64,000 nt of DNA from Octopus sinensis. Lineage: Eukaryota. The notes beneath the pieces were generated by a model, which saw only the letters and a program-made list of their open reading frames with translations, did no database searches and had not been told where the DNA came from. The position numbers and the translations under genes were made by a program. Positions 52,965 through 64,000 of the stretch are shown piece after piece. Position 1 is the stretch's first letter. The number at the start of each line of letters is the position of its first letter. The stretch is from positions 45,694,001-45,758,000 of the forward strand of contig NC_042998.1 of assembly GCF_006345805.1 (NCBI RefSeq), read 5' to 3'.

Positions 52965-53356
52965 CTGTCAGTGTCCATTGTACACTTTCGTTTGTTTATA
53001 TTGGGTGGATTTTAAAAATGCAGAGTAGTTTAAAGGCACAAAAATATAGTTACTCTTACCTTGAGTTGCAATCAGGAACTGCGGTTAGATCATTCAATTG
53101 TTAACATGTGTTGACTTTACTGGGTGGGCCAAAGTAGCGTCAACACTCTACAACAAAGCAACAACTGAATCCTCTTTCTGTTTGAAGGCGTGTTCTAGCC
53201 TTGGGCGGAAGTTATTGTTTGAATCTGTACAATGCCAACCATACCTGTTTAGTGCTTGTCCAAACAACTAACTTGTGCTCTAGTAAAAAAAAATAGTTTT
53301 ATCATGTCTTACTACATAGATATGTTCAATATATAATTTCTATTTGTGGAAGACCT

Positions 53357-53874
53357 GATCCACTACGGCAGTCAATTGATACTACAGAAACGTGAGCTTT
53401 TTTTACTATAAACATTATGTTTGGTATCAAACAGCTTCCTCGATTGTGGAACTACTGGAGTCCTGATACAAGGCATGGTAATCCATATATCTCCAGTAAT
53501 ATGTCTAACTACAGTTAATTCATATATTATGTAAAAAGCCACAAGGTACCTCCGCCACCAAAGGACTACACTCATTTGAAATTTCGGGTTGATATTGCAT
53601 CTTAGTTACGTGAGGGCTTTTCTTCCAGAAAGCACTGAACTGGGAGAAAAGCAAAATTAACTGAAGTGGATGTCAATAGAAAAAATATTGACTTCCATGA
53701 AGTGGAAAAAATTAATGGAAGGAAAAAAGTTTGCAAACTATGTTTTCGCTGCGAAAAAAAAAAAAAAAGACTACAAAAGGATACCAGGTCAGGACCTCAT
53801 ACATGTGCTCATTTTGCAAAGTGCCCTTGTGTAAAGGGTGCTTTGGACAGTTTCAGAATAGAAATATGGCATAA
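53357..53874 (+). mobile_element. Internally deleted piggyBac transposase remnant
   Basis: N-terminal INIMFGIKQLPRLWNYWS...PYISSNMS joined to VNSYI...HLKFRVDIA and the Cys-rich tail CKLC...CSFCKVPLCKGC. Confidence 0.75.
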
Positions 53875-54723
53875 CTATATCTTGTTTACTAGTAATACTA
53901 TCATTTTCCATTTTATTTTATTACAAATATGTGAATGTGAGAAATACACATTAATTTTCAGTATGTTACACACTTGTATTCACCTTTGTCTCACCTGTTA
54001 ATGAGCTTTTTTTATTAGAAGCATTCTGTTATATAAATGTATTCATTAAATTTTATAAGAGTACATAGCCAATGTATATTGACTAGTAAAAGAGTTTTAT
54101 ACTCCCTCTTTACTCTTTTACTTGTTTCAGTCATTTGACTGCGGCCATGCTGGAACACCGCCTTTAGTTAAGCAAATCGACCCCAGGACTTATTCTTTGT
54201 AAGCCTAGTACTTATTCTATCGGTCTCTTTTGCCGAACCACTAAGTTACGGGGACGTAAACACACCAGCATCGTTTGTCAAGCAATGTTGGGGGGACAAA
54301 CACAGACACATATACATGGCAGGCTTCTTTCAGTTTCCTCTACCAAATCCACTCACAAGGCTTTAGTCGACCCGAGACTATAGTAGAAGACACTTGCCCA
54401 AGGTGCCACGCAGTGGGACTGAACCTGGAACCACGTGGTTGGTAAGCAAGCTACTTACCACACAGCCACTCCTTCACTTTATTTTTAATCAAAATGTTTG
54501 AATGAAATATAGAAAAAGAAAAAATCTTGTACTGATTATACCTGTATTTTTAATAATTAAATTTAATGTACCTCGTCTTGAAAAGTGGCAAAATTGTTGG
54601 TGGTTGACATCTGGGATAATTTTAGTAACAAATCAAACAGATAAGATGCATTAAGAATTTCAATTTTAGTATGTTTTATGTAAACAAACATAAGTTTGTT
54701 TTTGAAGCACTGAAATATATTGT

Positions 54724-54954
54724 AGTACAAGTAGAAAGATATATTTTTTTCAATGTGTAAGTACTGATAGAACAGATTTTTCAATGTGTAAGTACTGATA
54801 GAACAGATTTTTCAACATGTAAGTACTGATAGAACAGATTTTTCAACGTGTAAGTACTGATAGAACAGATTTTTCTGCTTTGTAAGGATTCTAACCTATA
54901 TATGCTGTTCTATCAGTACTTATGTGTTGAAAAAATATATCTTTCCACTTGTAC
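54724..54954. repeat. Inverted repeat (~50 bp) enclosing 4 x 31-bp tandem units (54751-54874)
   Basis: CAA(T/C)(G/A)TGTAAGTACTGATAGAACAGATTTTT x4; inverted copy 54906-54954. Confidence 0.85.
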
Positions 54955-56624
54955 TTCAATTTTAGTGTTTATCCATGTTATTGCTTTTACACCTGTTAAT
55001 TAAATTTACCTGCCCATAAAAGTCAAATTTAATCAGAAAGATCAGCTAAAATTACATAACTATAAACCACTGGTATATAAGCACCCACTGACAAAATTTC
55101 AAATCTGTTTGTAAAAAGTTAACAAAGTTACAAGCAAATATTGTGGACACCCCTCTTGAACCTGAGTATTTCAAAATAATGTGAATAAATAAGCATTACA
55201 TTTGACAGATTAATGTGAACACTAAAGGCTTAAATAGTTACAGAGTGTTTTAGCTATTTTAGCCAACTAACCTACATTTATGACAATCTTCCAAATATTT
55301 TCATAGTAATCAGAGTAATAAAAGAAACCTAGTTAAGAAAGATTTATCTTTTACCTTTTACGTTTCAGTCATGAAACTGCAGCCATACTGGGGCACTGCT
55401 TTGAATAGTTTAGTCGAATAAATTGGCCCCAGTACTTTTTTTCTAAACTTGGTATTTATTCTGTATGTCACTTTTTGTCAAACTGCTAAGTTACAGGGAT
55501 GTAAACAAACCAGCTCTGGTTGTCAAGTGGTGGTGGGGGGGACGAACACAAATACAGACACATTAAAATATACACGTGTGTGTTTGTGTGTTGTGTGTGT
55601 ATGTATGATGGGCCTCTTCCAGTTTTCATCCATCAAATCCACTCACAAGTCTTTGGCTGGCCCAGGGCTATATTAGAAAACATAAGGCGGCGAGCTGGCA
55701 GAAACGTTAGCACGCCAGGCGAAATGCGTAGCCGTATTTCGTCTGCTGTTACGTTCTGAGTTCAAATTCCGCCGAGGTCGACTTTGCCTTTCAACCTTTC
55801 GGGGTCGATAAATTAAGTACCAGTTACGCACTGGGGGTCGATGTAATCGACTTAATCCGTTTGTCTGCCCTTGTTTGTCCCCTCTATGTTTAGCCCCTTG
55901 TGGGCAATAAAGAAATATATGTTAGAAAACATTCATGGTGCTGTACTATGGGACAGAACCAAGAACCATGTGATTTGGAAGTAAACTTCTTACCACAAAG
56001 CTACACTTGTACCTAAAAATTTTTTGAAAGAACTGAGAAATTTAAAAAAAAGAGAAAATTAAAAGAGAAAAATTACCCAAGTAGCTTAGAGATGAATTAA
56101 TCATAAGGCAATGTATAAACAAGAAAGGCAAAAAAATTAAGAAATAGCTATTGAAGGCCTTCAGTTTACCACCCAAATTCCATTGTGTCTGCAGCCATCT
56201 ACACTGTGTATTCAGAAAGAATTCCTGTGCTTTAGATATGGTTGTTGGAGTGTAGGAATTCCAGCTACTGGGTACAGAGTCCAGGGTCAGACCTGACTGC
56301 TGACAGGTAGCATTCTGCTTAACTATTTGTATTGTGTGTCTGGGTATTTATGTATGCTGGCTCACACACTCTCTTTCTCTCTCTCTCCCTCTCTTTTATG
56401 TGCTTTTATGTATGTGTATTCTATTACTTGTTTCAGTCGGTTGACTGTGGCCATGCTGGAGCACCGTCTTTAGTGAAGCAAACCGACCCCAGCACTTATT
56501 CTTCGTGAGCCTAGTACTTATTCTGTCGGTCTCTTTTGCTGAGTCGTTAAGTTGTGGGGATGTAAACACACCAACACTTGTTGTCAAGCGATGTTGGAGG
56601 TGACAAACACTGACATACCAACAT

Positions 56625-56665
<41 letters not shown>

Positions 56666-57116
56666 CGATGGGCTTCTTTCAGTTTCCATCTACCAAATCC
56701 ACTTTGGTCAGCCCAAGACTATAGTAGAAGACACTTGCCCAAGGTGCCACGCAGTGGGACTGAACCCAGAACCATGTGGTTGGTAAGCAAGCTACTTACC
56801 ACACAGCCACTCCTACACCTATATATATAAAATTTATTTATATGTAAGTATCTGTGTGTATAATAATAACAATAATCCTTGGATGGAATTTATAAACATT
56901 TAATGCATTGCCACGTGTGTTTCCACAAGGCACATGACTCTTAAGATCATGGTCCGTATTCCTGGGATGATTACAGTGTAGTCTGTAGTATTCGGTGGGC
57001 ATCCGGTTGATCATCATCATTGATTCATTTCTTCAGGCGATATCACATTAATTGATGTACAACAGAGGGATGCTGTGTTGTACATTAACTAATGTTATAC
57101 CACCTGAAGAAATCTT

Positions 57117-57510
57117 GGATCTTTTCGGTTTGAACGGCAGTTTTTAACATAATTTCTAGGTAACTACAAAATTTTTAACTTCGTATACTGGTAGAATGTG
57201 TTTATAAAACATCTTGAGAAAATTCTATAGTTTGTAAGATATTTGTTGTTTTTTTCCTTCAGTTTCTGCAATTTCAGCCAATCACTGACGTCTATTGAGT
57301 TAAAAAACATTCTGTGCCGTATGAATATGTCCCTCGTTTAAGAAACAGATTGGGTTTATTTACATTTGTGAAGAAAAGAAGATACCCTTCTCCCCACCCC
57401 TAACCCTAAAACAGATTGAAATACAATAGATAGATACTAGGGTCATAATTATGGGTGACAATTTCATATGACACCGCTAGAAAAAACTGTCATTCACACC
57501 GAAAAGATCC
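57117..57510. mobile_element. MITE with GG-starting TIRs and 8-bp TSD (Merlin- or hAT-like)
   Basis: GGATCTTTTCGGTTTGAACGGCAGTTTTT / AAAAACTGTCATTCACACCGAAAAGATCC; flanks GAAATCTT / AAAATCTT. Confidence 0.65.
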
Positions 57511-60500
57511 AAAATCTTTTATATGTGGATGATTATGACTTAGTAAGTCTCACTGATCAAGGTTTTCAGAACCTAATTAGTTCATTTGATTTTTCATAAA
57601 ACATATTTGGTCTCATAGTTAATTTGAAAAAAAAACCGTTGTAAGGCATCAACCTGCTCCTTGAGAACAATTCAATGCACCCCTGATAATGGTTAAGTGT
57701 AGAGTGCTTATCCTGGCATGAGATGGGCATTACAACAGGATCCAGTGGGTAAAGAATGACAGTGCTTTGCTCCAGGGCCTCAATTTTCTGTATGGTTTCA
57801 AAGGCTGGATGCTCTTCCTAATGCAAACTACTTTACAGAATGTACAGGGTGCACCAGTAATACTGAGAGGTCTTGGTTTTGGCAGGACTAAAGAATCATC
57901 TCAATCATGTTTTGTCTCTGCTTGATTTACAGTACTCTTCTGAGTGTACTTGGTACTTTTTTTCTTGCATCACCAGCACTAGTGAGGTCACCTTTACAAC
58001 TCACAAGATGAAGGGTTCCCCATGACTAAGTGGGAGAATGAGAGAGAGAGAGAGAGAGTGGGATGTGACTAGGTGAGAGATGCTAAATTATGATTGGAGT
58101 AGGTTTATTGTTTTGAGAGTGTGATAGGGGAGAGACTAACAGAGTTTGTTATGAAAGAGAGAAACAGAAGGGAAAGAGGTGCAGTGTGATAAGGAGCACA
58201 TTCGAGTGGGTTGAGTAGGAATTCAGGGCTCCCCCACTTTGAATGGCGTGGTGTCTGAAAGAGGGATAAAGGTGATGGTGATAAGAAATCAAAGCATCAT
58301 TGTTGTCATCATTTAGTACTTTGAAGTATTTTTTTCCATTTTAGTATTGACTGTCTGGTTCTATTAAGGTACTGTATATTACCCATCTCAAATTCATGAG
58401 GCCCTGTATCAAAGATTTGACCCTCAAAATTTTCTTTCTAGCATTCATTATATTGTGTCTCTCTTTTATTACTTTCCCAGTGGATCATGTTTGCTTTATT
58501 TCTCTCCAGCTTACACAGATCTTCCACACTTAGTCTGCAACATCATACTTCTTACAATCTACTTTTCACTTGAAGAAAGAAACCCTTTGTTGGTAGCACT
58601 CCTCCTTCCCCCTTTTCCCTTACTCTTTTAACTATGCTTGTGCAACAACCCCAGCACTAATTAGATCATCTAGGTCAGTGTTTCTCATAGGAGAACCTAG
58701 CTTTTTCACCCTCACTCCATGAGAGGTGCTGTGAAGATGAAAAAAGAGGACAAAGAATTTGCCATGTTAAATATAATTTAGATAGTTTAAAACTTTTTAA
58801 ACCAACAATGCAGCAAAGAAAACAAGAAGTATGTGAATGCCGACTCTTTTGTGTTCTCATTAATAAAGAGGAAGGCAGTAAAAAATTCCACTGGTACACA
58901 TTATTTTGTTTTTGGTAGGAGGTTTGATAATTGTCAGTATGAGAACTGCTGAGCTAATTAGATGATCAACTACATAATTAATCTAGTGATAGCAGTATTG
59001 TTAAATGTACTTTCTTTATTGTATAGGCAGTAATGTCGAGGAAAAATAAACTGACTCACTTATTCTCTCTCTAAATTTGTCTATAAACACACACATGTAT
59101 ATATTTACATACGCACACATACACATATGTATATACTTGCACACACACACATATGTATATACTTGCACACACACACATATTGAAGCACAATGCCTTGCTC
59201 AGACCGTGTTGGCTCCAATTGAACTGTCCAACCCATATGAGCAAGAGAGATGGACGCTAAAAGATAATGATAACACATACATATAGACATAACTACGTAC
59301 ATACAGTCCCTTAAGGATTTGGTTAGCTATTAACCCTTGTAATTTATTAAATTCTAAATTATAAATACTATGTTCATAATCACACACAAACACGTGGAAT
59401 AGGGTTTGGATTCAGAAGCCGATGTTAGATTTAAATAGTAAATAACAAAAATGAACCACAGTGAAGATATAGTAAAACGAAGAAGAAAAAAAAAACTTTT
59501 ATAGAAAAAGAAATTTAACATAACTAAATGAGGCTATGATTTTCTTTCATAAAAATTTTTAGTGGTTAGGGCAGCGGACTCGCGGTCGCAGGATCGCGGT
59601 TTCGATTCTCAGACCGGGCGTTGTGTGTGTTTATTGAGCGAAAACACCTAAAAGCTCTACGAGGCTCCGGCAGGGGGTGGTGATCCCTGCTGTACTCTTT
59701 CACCACAATGGCGGTGCCCCAGCATGGCCACAGCTCAAGAGCTGAAACTGGAAAAACAAAAACAAACAAAACAAAAAAACAAAATATCTAGTTGCTACTT
59801 GCAAAACATAGACACAGCTAATATATTTTCTTAATATATTAATCTGTTTTTATTGCATTAGTTTATCGGCAGTTTTTTTTATTACTTTTTTTCCTTTCTG
59901 CTTTTTGGGGTTATTTAGTTAGTTTCCAATTGTACTTGACAAACAAGTCAACTCTCATATGTCTATTTTGTCACTGTACTTTCACTGCAAAATCGGGTGC
60001 AGCTCAGCATACCTTGGGTACCTTTGATGTTTTGTTTTATTATCTTTGTTGTATTAAGTGTTTTTATGTATTTTATGCAGGCATGACTGTGTGTTAGGTA
60101 CAAGCATAGCTATGGGTAGAGACCGACATGGGTATGTTGGGACACATGCACGGGTTTTGGTAGATAGGTAGGTAGAAGTAGTATGATTAAGAAGTTCACT
60201 AAACAGTCGTGTGGTCTTGAGTTCAATTTCAGTGTTACACTTTGAGTGTTTTCTACTGAAGCATTTGACTGACCAATGCCTTCTGAGTGAAATTTGGTAA
60301 ATGGAATGGAACCCACTCATACATTTATATATGTATCATGGGCGATGCCTAGATTGGCTTCCGTGCCAGTGGCACGTAAAAAACACCATCCGAACGTGGC
60401 TGATGCCAGCGCCACCTAGACTGGCTTCCATGCCGGTTGCACGTAAAAAGCACCCACTACACTCTCGGAGTGGTTGGCATTAGGAAGGGCATCCAGCTGT

Positions 60501-61126
60501 AGAAACACTGCCAGATCAGACTGGAGCCTGGTGCAGCCTTCTGGCTTCCCAGATCCCCGGTCGAACTGTCCAACCCATGCTAGCATGGAGAACGGACGTT
60601 AAATGACGACGATGATGATGATGTGTGTGTGTTACTGTCTCCTTGTCCTAGTTAGCATCATGAGATAGTTGTAACCACATGTTACATAAGTGAGATCCAT
60701 TTCCAATCTCCCTTGTAAACATGTGAGGATTGGCAACAAGGAGGGCATCTGACTGTAAAAAATAACCCATCTCAGTAAATTCTGTCTGACTCATTCAAGC
60801 ATGGAAAAGTGAACATTAAACCAATAATGATAATCCAGGGTGAAAGGCGGCGAGCTGGCAGAACCGTTAGTATGCCAGGCGAAATGCGTAGCCATATTTC
60901 GTCTGCCGTTATGTTCTGAGTTCAAATTCTGCCGAGGTTGACTTTGCCTTTTCATCCTTTCGGGGTCGATAAATTAAGTACCAGTTACGCACTGGGGTTG
61001 ATGTAATTGACTTAAGCCGTTTGTCCCCTCTGTTTAGCCCCTTCTGGGTAATAAAGAAACAGATAATCCAGGGTGAACAAAAATATTTAAAGAAATAAGA
61101 ACTTACATTCGTATTTTATGAACAGC

Positions 61127-61132
61127 TTTATT
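61127..61132 (-). terminator. Candidate poly(A) signal AATAAA of the - strand gene (a second one at 61172-61177)
   Basis: AATAAA on - strand about 670 nt after the stop, just before SINE-rich DNA resumes; such hexamers are common in AT-rich DNA. Confidence 0.35.
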
Positions 61133-61797
61133 ATATTACAAATAGAAAACATTTACCACAAGGGTATTTTCTTTATTGCATTCATAGCTGCAAAGGTTAT
61201 TGATAATCTTTAGATAGCCAGTCCTTTGGTGACTCATGGACATACCTGATCACATCTTTATCCATCCTTAATATACGTTTGACATGATTATCAATTTTAA
61301 ATGCCAGTTCAGCCACTGAACCCAAGGATGTCATTTACGTATTTCTTTTGTAGCTTTTACCACAGTAACTTGCAGCAAGACCCCCTGTTATGCAGGAAAC
61401 ATATTCCCTATGTTGGTTTCCCCAAAATGTTTCGTATGGAAACATCTTAGTTGTTTCTTAGTAACCATTGATGACAAAAGCATATCATAACAAAAAAAAA
61501 AAAATGACTTCTCAACATGTGACCAAGCCATTATATTTTATACAAACTCAAGATTGTCATAAACTTTTAACGTGTTCTCTCTTTCAATGTATTTAGCAGA
61601 TTTATGGTTTTCTTTATTTGATATTAATCTACTCATCTTAATAAAATGAACGTTAATTTGAAACAATATCTACTATTTAGTAGTTTCATAGCACATTTGG
61701 GTATTCTGCTTTCATAAAGCTCAAGTAACATTGCTGCAGTTGTTGAAATACTTTTGTCATGGATTTCTGCCAATTTTCTTAACTTATCTTCTCAAAC

Positions 61798-62006
61798 TCA
61801 GCTTCCTAATGTTTGGTGGTGCTTTTTCTTTGGCCGTTGCTTACTCTTAACTAGTCGTAGAAGATGTTGGTAGCGTTGGCTTCCTTTGTGCCTATTATGG
61901 GCTTTGTGTCTTAGAGATTTGGAACTTTTTCTGCCGATATCAGCTGGATCTGCTTTCTGATAGTAATCTTGCCATTGATAATTATCTGTCAGTTTGCAGC
62001 TGGAGT
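61798..62006 (-). CDS. Terminal coding exon of the same gene (D-SSCKLTDNYQWQDYYQKADPADIGRKSSKSLRHKAHNRHKGSQRYQHLLRLVKSKQRPKKKHHQTLGS*)
   Basis: ccatttctttatag|AC acceptor; phase matches the 63914 donor (G+AC=Asp); 68 further codons then TGA; followed by non-repetitive AT-rich UTR-like sequence. Confidence 0.65.
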
Positions 62007-63913
62007 CTATAAAGAAATGGAAACCAAAATTACATTATGACAATTGAAATTACAGAAGATCTGAATTTATTTTAACTCTTTAGCATTTAGATTACTCTGT
62101 CAAATGTAATGCTTATTTATTCACATTATTTTGAATTAATCATGAACTATCTTGTATCTTTGAGATTATGATGATGCAATTGTTTATTTTTAGAATGACA
62201 TTGTTGGGCGGGTGTGAAAAGCTGGATCTGGTTAGAAAGAATATTTGGATTAGATATGGGTGGTTTAAATAAAACAATCTTATACATTTGAATTGCTCAG
62301 AATTATTCAAACACAATGTATTTCATTGGTGTTAGGAAGGGCATCCAACTGTAGAAACCATGCCAAAATGGACTTGAAAGCCTGAACAGCCCTGGTCAGC
62401 TCCTGTCAAACTGTCCAACCCATGGCAGCATGGAAAACGGATGTTAAATGATGATGATGAATGCTTGGATTATTTGGAGTCCAATGACCAGGCTGTGAAA
62501 AATAATGCAAAATATAAAGAGCCTAAATGATTTTGGATATCTTGGGTTTGTGCTCATGTTTTAGAGATTGAATCTTCTCAGATTCAAGGTTGCTTTTCAT
62601 ACTTTCAGGCAGTAGTGTATCTGAGGAAGTTCGGGTGATGAGGGCAGTCTGCCCTAAGCAACACTTCAAGGTGGGGTATGGTTGCACATTTGGGCCTGCT
62701 GCAGTCAGCAAACTTGAGGACAGCCCTGTGTGACATAGATTTTAGCTTGCCACTACTTTCAGGATTAATTAAATCAATGGTCTTAGGTACAGAGATGTAT
62801 TTGGATAACAAATATTCCCTTTCACTTTGTTAATCTAAACTTTTTAGCATGCAGATTATTCTGTCAAATATAATGCTTTATTTATTCAAATTGTTTTGAA
62901 TTAATCATACATTATCTCATAGCTATGAGATTTTGATGGTGTGATTGTTTATTTTCAGAATGACGTTGTAAGATAGGTGTGAGAAGCTGGATTTGGCTGG
63001 TTTTAATATAAAACCAGGAGAATATTTTGGTTTGGTGTGGCCATTTTAAATACTGAAGGGTTAAGGAAATATAGAAATATACCAAATTCTGTTAATATGA
63101 TAATTTAACATTTGATGTGTTTTAAACCTAACTATAACTTCTACAACTCAGAAACAAAGCTGTTTCTGTTGCAAACTGAGTCAAACAATAAGGGAAAATT
63201 TCTTGGTGGAATTGGTATGGGACATATATTCTTTAGAAATGGTTTTCATAGGTTGGTGGCCTTTATTTTTTTAACAAAACTATATGTTATGAAATGGTGT
63301 TGATATTTATTCTCTTTCTTAAAAGTTCAAAGTAAAGTTCATATCTCTAAGTAATTTATTTCGATTAAGCATAAAAATGATGTTACAAATGATAACAGCA
63401 AATATATCGTCAATACTTTAAAAAAAATAGCAAAATTTCCCTTGCATCTTAAAAATGAAAAAGAACATTAGATAAGTGTATTCCTAGATACACTTAGTCA
63501 CTTTAGGAATGCCTTAGATCAAAGGGTCTGGATTAACTTGAGACTAAATAATGAGTAGAACTTATTTTATTGATGTCCCAGATTAATGAAAATCAAGTTT
63601 GAATCTGGTACAGGTGTAATTAAATATTTTAAGGCCTCTACCATTCCATATCCCTAAAGGGATTATTCTTTAGTTCTACATCTGCCTTGATCAATCACAC
63701 ATTTGATCTTTGGTGTTCCAACCACAACCACTTCATCATTTTTCTCAGTCAAAGTTTATCTAGTCCCATAATACCTAATATGTCTTCTGTTTTTTTTTTT
63801 AAAGATGGTAGTGTGAGATTTGAGGGTGATTTAGCTACTAGTTCTAGTAAGCTAAACAACCAATTGTGATGTATTAAAAATTGTAAACTAAGTATAAACA
63901 TTTTATATCTTAC

Positions 63914-64000
63914 CTGGAGATTCCCAGAATTCCAATGTAAATAATTCATGACTGACTAACCAGTTTTTTGATTGGTGGAAATGTGTACAATCCCACAATG
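63914..64000 (-). CDS. Penultimate exon of an unidentified gene, truncated by the window end (LWDCTHFHQSKNWLVSHELFTLEFWESP)
   Basis: Only one open frame; ends CCAG|gtaaga (strong donor), phase 1. Confidence 0.65.

Noticed and set aside
52965-53100. Possible intron in the Tigger 5' region (AAG|gtaaga...ctgacag|GA, in frame)
   Set aside because: The acceptor lacks a pyrimidine tract and the upstream mini-exon contains a stop; not supportable.
54751-54874. CRISPR-like 31-bp repeats
   Set aside because: Contiguous tandem units with no spacers, eukaryotic context, no cas genes.
62523-62811. Two overlapping - strand ORFs inside the intron of the unidentified gene
   Set aside because: No phase-compatible acceptor/donor pair and no recognisable homology.
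63112-63303. + ORF with FYNSET and RNGFHRL, loosely like APC4 C-terminal motifs
   Set aside because: The motifs are about 25 aa apart versus about 95 aa recalled for human, and there are no suitable splice sites; likely chance.

Overview
AT-rich, repeat-dense eukaryotic genomic DNA. The SINE, LINE and Helitron repertoire suggests an octopus or other coleoid cephalopod, but this is inference. The + strand carries 12 internal coding exons of ANAPC4 (APC/C subunit 4) at 1626-22376. All have AG/GT sites, the phases join into one 956-nt open frame, and the motifs GLKKLGxSIESSY, KAFFRWLYV, MTQxDxxFVAEF and KVGQYL are recognisable. The expected ANAPC4 C-terminal exons could not be found in the remaining 41.6 kb. 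At the right end are the last two exons of an unidentified, convergent - strand gene (63914-64000 and 61798-62006), neither listed in the ORF track. The rest is transposon-derived: several tRNA-derived SINE families, RTE/CR1/RLE-LINE fragments, a near full-length dead mariner, dead Tigger and piggyBac transposases, non-autonomous Helitrons, MITEs, a 26-bp satellite with higher-order structure and long TA-type microsatellites. The best unexpected signal is a set of Penelope-type inverted-repeat elements with minimal hammerhead-ribozyme folds. One has an intact catalytic core (CTGATGA...GAAA...GTC) and lies in sense orientation in an ANAPC4 intron. Almost all ORFs in the supplied track are artefacts of repeats. 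All alignments and folds were done by eye and TE boundaries are approximate unless termini are quoted.
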